From: an uncultured Clostridia bacterium
GTDB lineage: Bacteria; Bacillota; Clostridia; Oscillospirales; Ruminococcaceae
Direction of reading: 5' to 3'
Assembly: GCA_945947715.1 (NCBI GenBank)
Contig: CAMEYZ010000001.1
Location: 1-46,923, forward strand
Length of the DNA stretch: 46,923 nt
This document shows positions 44,401 through 46,923 of this stretch, one piece after another; positions within the stretch are counted from its first letter, which is position 1, and the number at the start of each line of letters is the position of its first letter. Position numbers and translations under genes: made by a program. The notes below the pieces were generated by a model, which did no database searches, had not been told where the DNA came from, and was given only the letters and a program-made list of their open reading frames with translations.

Positions 44401-45181
44401 TCTTAGCGGAGAAAACGTTGTATTTTACGCCGTCTGCGGTGTAATCGAAGGAATTTCCATAAAGCATGAATACTTTATTGACAAGCTCATAGTAGAAGTT
44501 CAGCTCACGGTAGTCCTTGCCCACATATTCGGACTGAGAATGTCCGACTATCATTCCGTTGTCGTTGACGATAAGACTTGTTCCCGAACTGTTGGAGTTC
44601 ATTTCCTCGATATACTGCTGTATGCCGCTGAGATTGAAATCCAGTCCCACAACGGTGGAGCCGTCCGACAGCAGCTTGGAGATACTGTAGCACATTTCGC
44701 CTGTGCTTGCGTCGATATAGGGCTCGGTAACGTTTACAGCGCCCATGCGCTTCTTTGCGCCCACATACCAGGAGCGTTCGTCGAGCACGAAGTTATCGTC
44801 GGGGACAAAATCGTCGATATAGAGCTCGCCGTTATAGGCAGCATATGCGCTAAAGCAGCTTCCGTCCGCTCTGCTGCTGATATCGGCGATGGTCTCGGCG
44901 CAGAAATAGCCTTTTAGCAGCTCGGAGGTATCACCTCCCGAAGCAATCAGCTGTTCCACCTGCATAGCCACGCTGTCCAGCAGACATTCCGAACGGTAAA
45001 GGCTTGTATCCACGCGGCCTGCAATGCTGCTGAGCCTCATCTGGCCCTCAGCCTCTATACGCTGGGTCTCGGTGTGTTTTATCATTGAAACGTTAAGTAC
45101 GATTATTATGCCAAGAATAGTTATGATGATCAATAATGCTGTACGATAACTGCTGCTCAGTTTCGGCTTTTTTTTCTTCAA
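41477..45181 (-). CDS. Hybrid sensor histidine kinase with two tandem TM-bracketed Cache-like sensor modules, HisKA, HATPase_c, REC and a C-terminal HPt-like domain
   Basis: Four predicted TM segments (about aa 15-35, 285-306, 398-419, 668-692). H-box FLANMSHEIRTPINAV, N-box LTNAVKYT, G-boxes DTGIGIK and GTGLGITIV. REC ILVVDDNETNL...VFLDHMMPEMDG. Apparent TTG start. Confidence 0.88.
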   Translation of the reverse strand: MKKKKPKLSSSYRTALLIIITILGIIIVLNVSMIKHTETQRIEAEGQMRLSSIAGRVDTSLYRSECLLDSVAMQVEQLIASGGDTSELLKGYFCAETIADISSRADGSCFSAYAAYNGELYIDDFVPDDNFVLDERSWYVGAKKRMGAVNVTEPYIDASTGEMCYSISKLLSDGSTVVGLDFNLSGIQQYIEEMNSNSSGTSLIVNDNGMIVGHSQSEYVGKDYRELNFYYELVNKVFMLYGNSFDYTADGVKYNVFSAKTNYDWYLIVCVKGGDTSELLSGNSLYITLIMIVFAVALAVFFVYICRKKAAAEKELEAKNEYLKNLSLELRRPLSKIMNRADILVSTNEDNSETGAEIGDSAKELGRMLDDCIADFSTADSTESKQDNQNLNKSPVNHRIRIALVTIVLLATGIFAFFFNTKTNSELIDLKMYNETSLYLNQVKEWALTNKTVLDVIADSIASQPGFTDNYSAAVAYLDSVVSNHDDISVAYVCNPEWEHTVIMNNGWEPDDNWHVEERQWYVDTIDSGDNFNVSAPYLDEQTGLYCTTLSKIVYDEKGNFIGVLGIDYYLDKLIGILGESYTDTGYAFLTDIEGNILNHPYEEYQMKPGYSVNAADICYRSVLSEIDGNYVNITDYDGGTKLCLAMKEDISGFNVFVVKDQMYIMGSAIYSELIYIGVFLLCIIIVNAIMNSLTRWQAKVNRELKEAADKAISADKAKNNFLANMSHEIRTPINAVLGMNEMIMRESDEKQIVEYAANIQSAGRTLLSIINDILDLSKIESGKMEIVPVEYDVSSLVNDIVNMIKVRAEKKNLRFIPEIDEKIPSVLFGDDVRLRQIITNILTNAVKYTPEGYVRLKMNAIQIEDGMVRLEVSVSDTGIGIKEEDMDKLFTSFQRLDQEKNRSIEGTGLGITIVSQLLKMMGSELNVSSVYGVGSTFSFVVEQKIVNAEPMGNYELRFKASAESISENASKTAPDVRILVVDDNETNLLVAKSLLKRTLAKVETASSGKDCIELLKSNIYDIVFLDHMMPEMDGIETLKKIKEEQLGVGTVFVALTANAIHGAKQTYLEAGFDDYLSKPFTGHDIEKCLFSHISRDMIKIAENEDGSSSPEDAARSSADVGSRLDIEGALEALGSDPDEYMNAVYDFCDNNRCNDLELDYNFKDLRSYRVNLEKAEADAELVGLTELAEAASKLMSAAESNDMSYIAENHSSFIKMYRRATENLEGAADEYFS

Positions 45182-45420
45182 CCTGATCAGATCCTTTTTT
45201 GAATATAATATCTTATTATAAATTATAATGTTTTTTTACCAAAGTGTCAATAAAAATAAGCACAATCGGCATTTTTTTACATCAGAGGTCAATTTTTTTC
45301 TGTTTTCGGCCTTTGTTTTGTTAATATTGTATATGGGGACCCGGAGACTGAATATTGCATTATTTTTCTGTTTGTGATATAATGTATTTCATTGATATCA
45401 AAAGCATAGGAAGTGACAAA

Positions 45421-46092
45421 ATGTATAGGATATTTATAGTGGAGGACGAGCCTGTTATTGCGGAAACTGTGAAAAATCATCTGGAAAGGTGGGGCTATGA
45501 GGTGCGATGCGCCGATGACTTCAAGGACATAATGAGTACCTTTTCAGAGTTTTCCCCTCAGCTTGTGCTCATGGATATCGGGCTGCCATTTTTTAATGGC
45601 TTCTACTGGTGTGCGGAGATACGCAGGGTATCAAAGGTGCCTGTGGTATTTCTGTCGTCGGCCTCGGATAATATGAACATAGTCATGGCAATGAATATGG
45701 GCGGTGATGATCTGATCCCGAAGCCCTTTGACCTTTCGGTGCTGCTGGCGAAGGTGCAGGCTATCCTGCGGAGGACCTACGATTTCAGTGGGGGAGTGAA
45801 CATCATCGAACATAAGGGAGCAGTGCTGAATATCTCCGATGCATCCCTTACATACAGCGGTGAAAGGATAGACCTTACGAAAAACGAGTACCGCATACTG
45901 CTGACTCTTCTTGAAAACAAGGGGAAGGTGACGAGCCGGGAGCTGCTTATGAACAAGCTCTGGGAGACGGACAGCTATGTCGATGAAAACACTCTGTCCG
46001 TAAATGTGTCGAGACTGCGGAAAAAGCTTGAAGGTGCGGGACTCTTAGGCTTTATCGAAACCAAGCCCGGCATGGGATATATTGTGGAGTGA
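45421..46092 (+). CDS. OmpR-family response regulator (BceR/GraR-like)
   Basis: MYRIFIVEDEP..., LVLMDIGLPFFNG, IPKPF. Winged helix LSVNVSRLRKKL...KPGMGYIV. I prefer ATG 45421 with an AGGAAG RBS over 45355. Confidence 0.9.
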   Translation: MYRIFIVEDEPVIAETVKNHLERWGYEVRCADDFKDIMSTFSEFSPQLVLMDIGLPFFNGFYWCAEIRRVSKVPVVFLSSASDNMNIVMAMNMGGDDLIPKPFDLSVLLAKVQAILRRTYDFSGGVNIIEHKGAVLNISDASLTYSGERIDLTKNEYRILLTLLENKGKVTSRELLMNKLWETDSYVDENTLSVNVSRLRKKLEGAGLLGFIETKPGMGYIVE

Positions 46093-46096
46093 AAAT

Positions 46097-46923
46097 ATGG
46101 CAGGATATTTAAAAGCACATGTAAAAAGCATAGCTGTATGGCTGATAATTATCGCAGTATTTGCTGTGATTTTTGCCCTTTATGAGCTGCCGGTCTCTGC
46201 TGTCTGGTATGGGGCTGCAGTCAGCGGATTTTTCGGGCTGATATTATTCGTGGCAGACTACATATCCTTTCGTCGCAGAAGGAACGCCCTCAAAAAAGCA
46301 GCGGAGGAGCTCACTCTGACTGTCGATCATCTTCCCATGCCAGCAAGCGGCATCGAGGAGGACTATGACGAGCTTGTGCGGCTGCTGTTCGGGGAGCTGA
46401 AAAATGCGGAAAATGAAGGGGCTGTAAGGCTGGCGGATATGACCGATTACTATACCATGTGGGTACATCAGATAAAGACGCCCATTGCGGCGGCAGACCT
46501 TATCCTGCAAAGCATGGACTGTCCCGAAAAGGCGGAGCTGACCGAGGATCTGCAGCGGATAGAACAGTATGCGGAAATGGTGCTGTGCTATCTGCGGCTG
46601 GATTCGGACAGCACAGACTTCATAATCAAGGAATATGACCTGGACGGGATAATCAGACAGGCAGTGCGGAAATTTTCACAGCAGTTCATACGCAGACGAC
46701 TGAGGCTTGTCTATTCACCTGTGGGAAAAACAGTGCTGACCGATGAAAAATGGCTGCTTTTTGTAATTGAGCAGGTCATATCAAATGCGGTCAAGTACAC
46801 TCCCTCTGGCGAGGTGGAGATATACTGCGAGGAGCCTATGACCCTCTGTATCCGCGACACGGGGATAGGTATCGCGCCTGAGGATATCCCGCGGATATTT
46901 GAAAAGGGCTACACTGGCTGTAA
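46097..46923 (+). CDS. BceS-like intramembrane-sensing histidine kinase (3' end cut by window edge)
   Basis: ATG lies 4 nt after the regulator stop. Two N-terminal TM helices with almost no extracellular loop. H-box YTMWVHQIKTPIAA, N-box VISNAVKYT, G1 DTGIGIAPEDIPRIFEKGYTG. The frame is open to the window end. Confidence 0.85.
   Translation, partial: MAGYLKAHVKSIAVWLIIIAVFAVIFALYELPVSAVWYGAAVSGFFGLILFVADYISFRRRRNALKKAAEELTLTVDHLPMPASGIEEDYDELVRLLFGELKNAENEGAVRLADMTDYYTMWVHQIKTPIAAADLILQSMDCPEKAELTEDLQRIEQYAEMVLCYLRLDSDSTDFIIKEYDLDGIIRQAVRKFSQQFIRRRLRLVYSPVGKTVLTDEKWLLFVIEQVISNAVKYTPSGEVEIYCEEPMTLCIRDTGIGIAPEDIPRIFEKGYTGC

Noticed and set aside
1-46923. CRISPR arrays, tRNA or rRNA genes, integrase, transposase, recombinase or prophage structural genes
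   Set aside because: I scanned the intergenic regions (the largest are 5361-5636, 15940-16289, 18776-19066, 24145-24365, 36990-37202 and 45182-45420). I found only promoters, operators, hairpins and terminators. There were no direct-repeat/spacer arrays or cloverleaf-like sequences, and no ORF with recombinase motifs. Island boundaries therefore cannot be defined from this window.

Overview
A 46.9-kb chromosomal segment that looks like it comes from a low-GC Gram-positive anaerobe. My guess is a Clostridia or Ruminococcus-like fibre degrader, inferred only from gene content, consensus sigma-A promoters and AGGAGG ribosome-binding sites. Positions 1-7.7 kb hold an ordinary phosphate module: pstC(partial)-pstA-pstB-phoU, a Pho-type response regulator and kinase, then ppk. 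The rest is accessory-like and shows gene decay. It contains two paralogous MoxR-ATPase + VWA/DUF2201 cassettes, a giant TPR protein, and an HTH-kinase chimera whose 3' end is interrupted by a 180-bp TTAA-flanked palindromic MITE-like element. It also holds two TetR modules whose target genes are dead (a truncated MFS gene and a frameshifted flavoprotein gene), a small beta-glucan locus (GH5, substrate-binding protein, AraC, GH16), two large hybrid sensor kinases plus DegV, and a BceRS-like two-component pair cut by the window edge. The main candidate for an undescribed system is a terminator-bounded operon at about 25.45-33.64 kb. It encodes a helical-repeat protein, a CbbX/SpoVK-type AAA+ protein, a paralogous helical-repeat protein split at a prfB-like UUU_UGA_C +1 shift site, a MoxR AAA+ protein, a VWA pseudo-metallopeptidase and an RNA-ligase-fold enzyme. 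A monocistronic WYL-domain regulator lies convergent to it. I recognised no rRNA, tRNA, CRISPR array, integrase or transposase. All calls rest on reading motifs by eye; no database search was possible.
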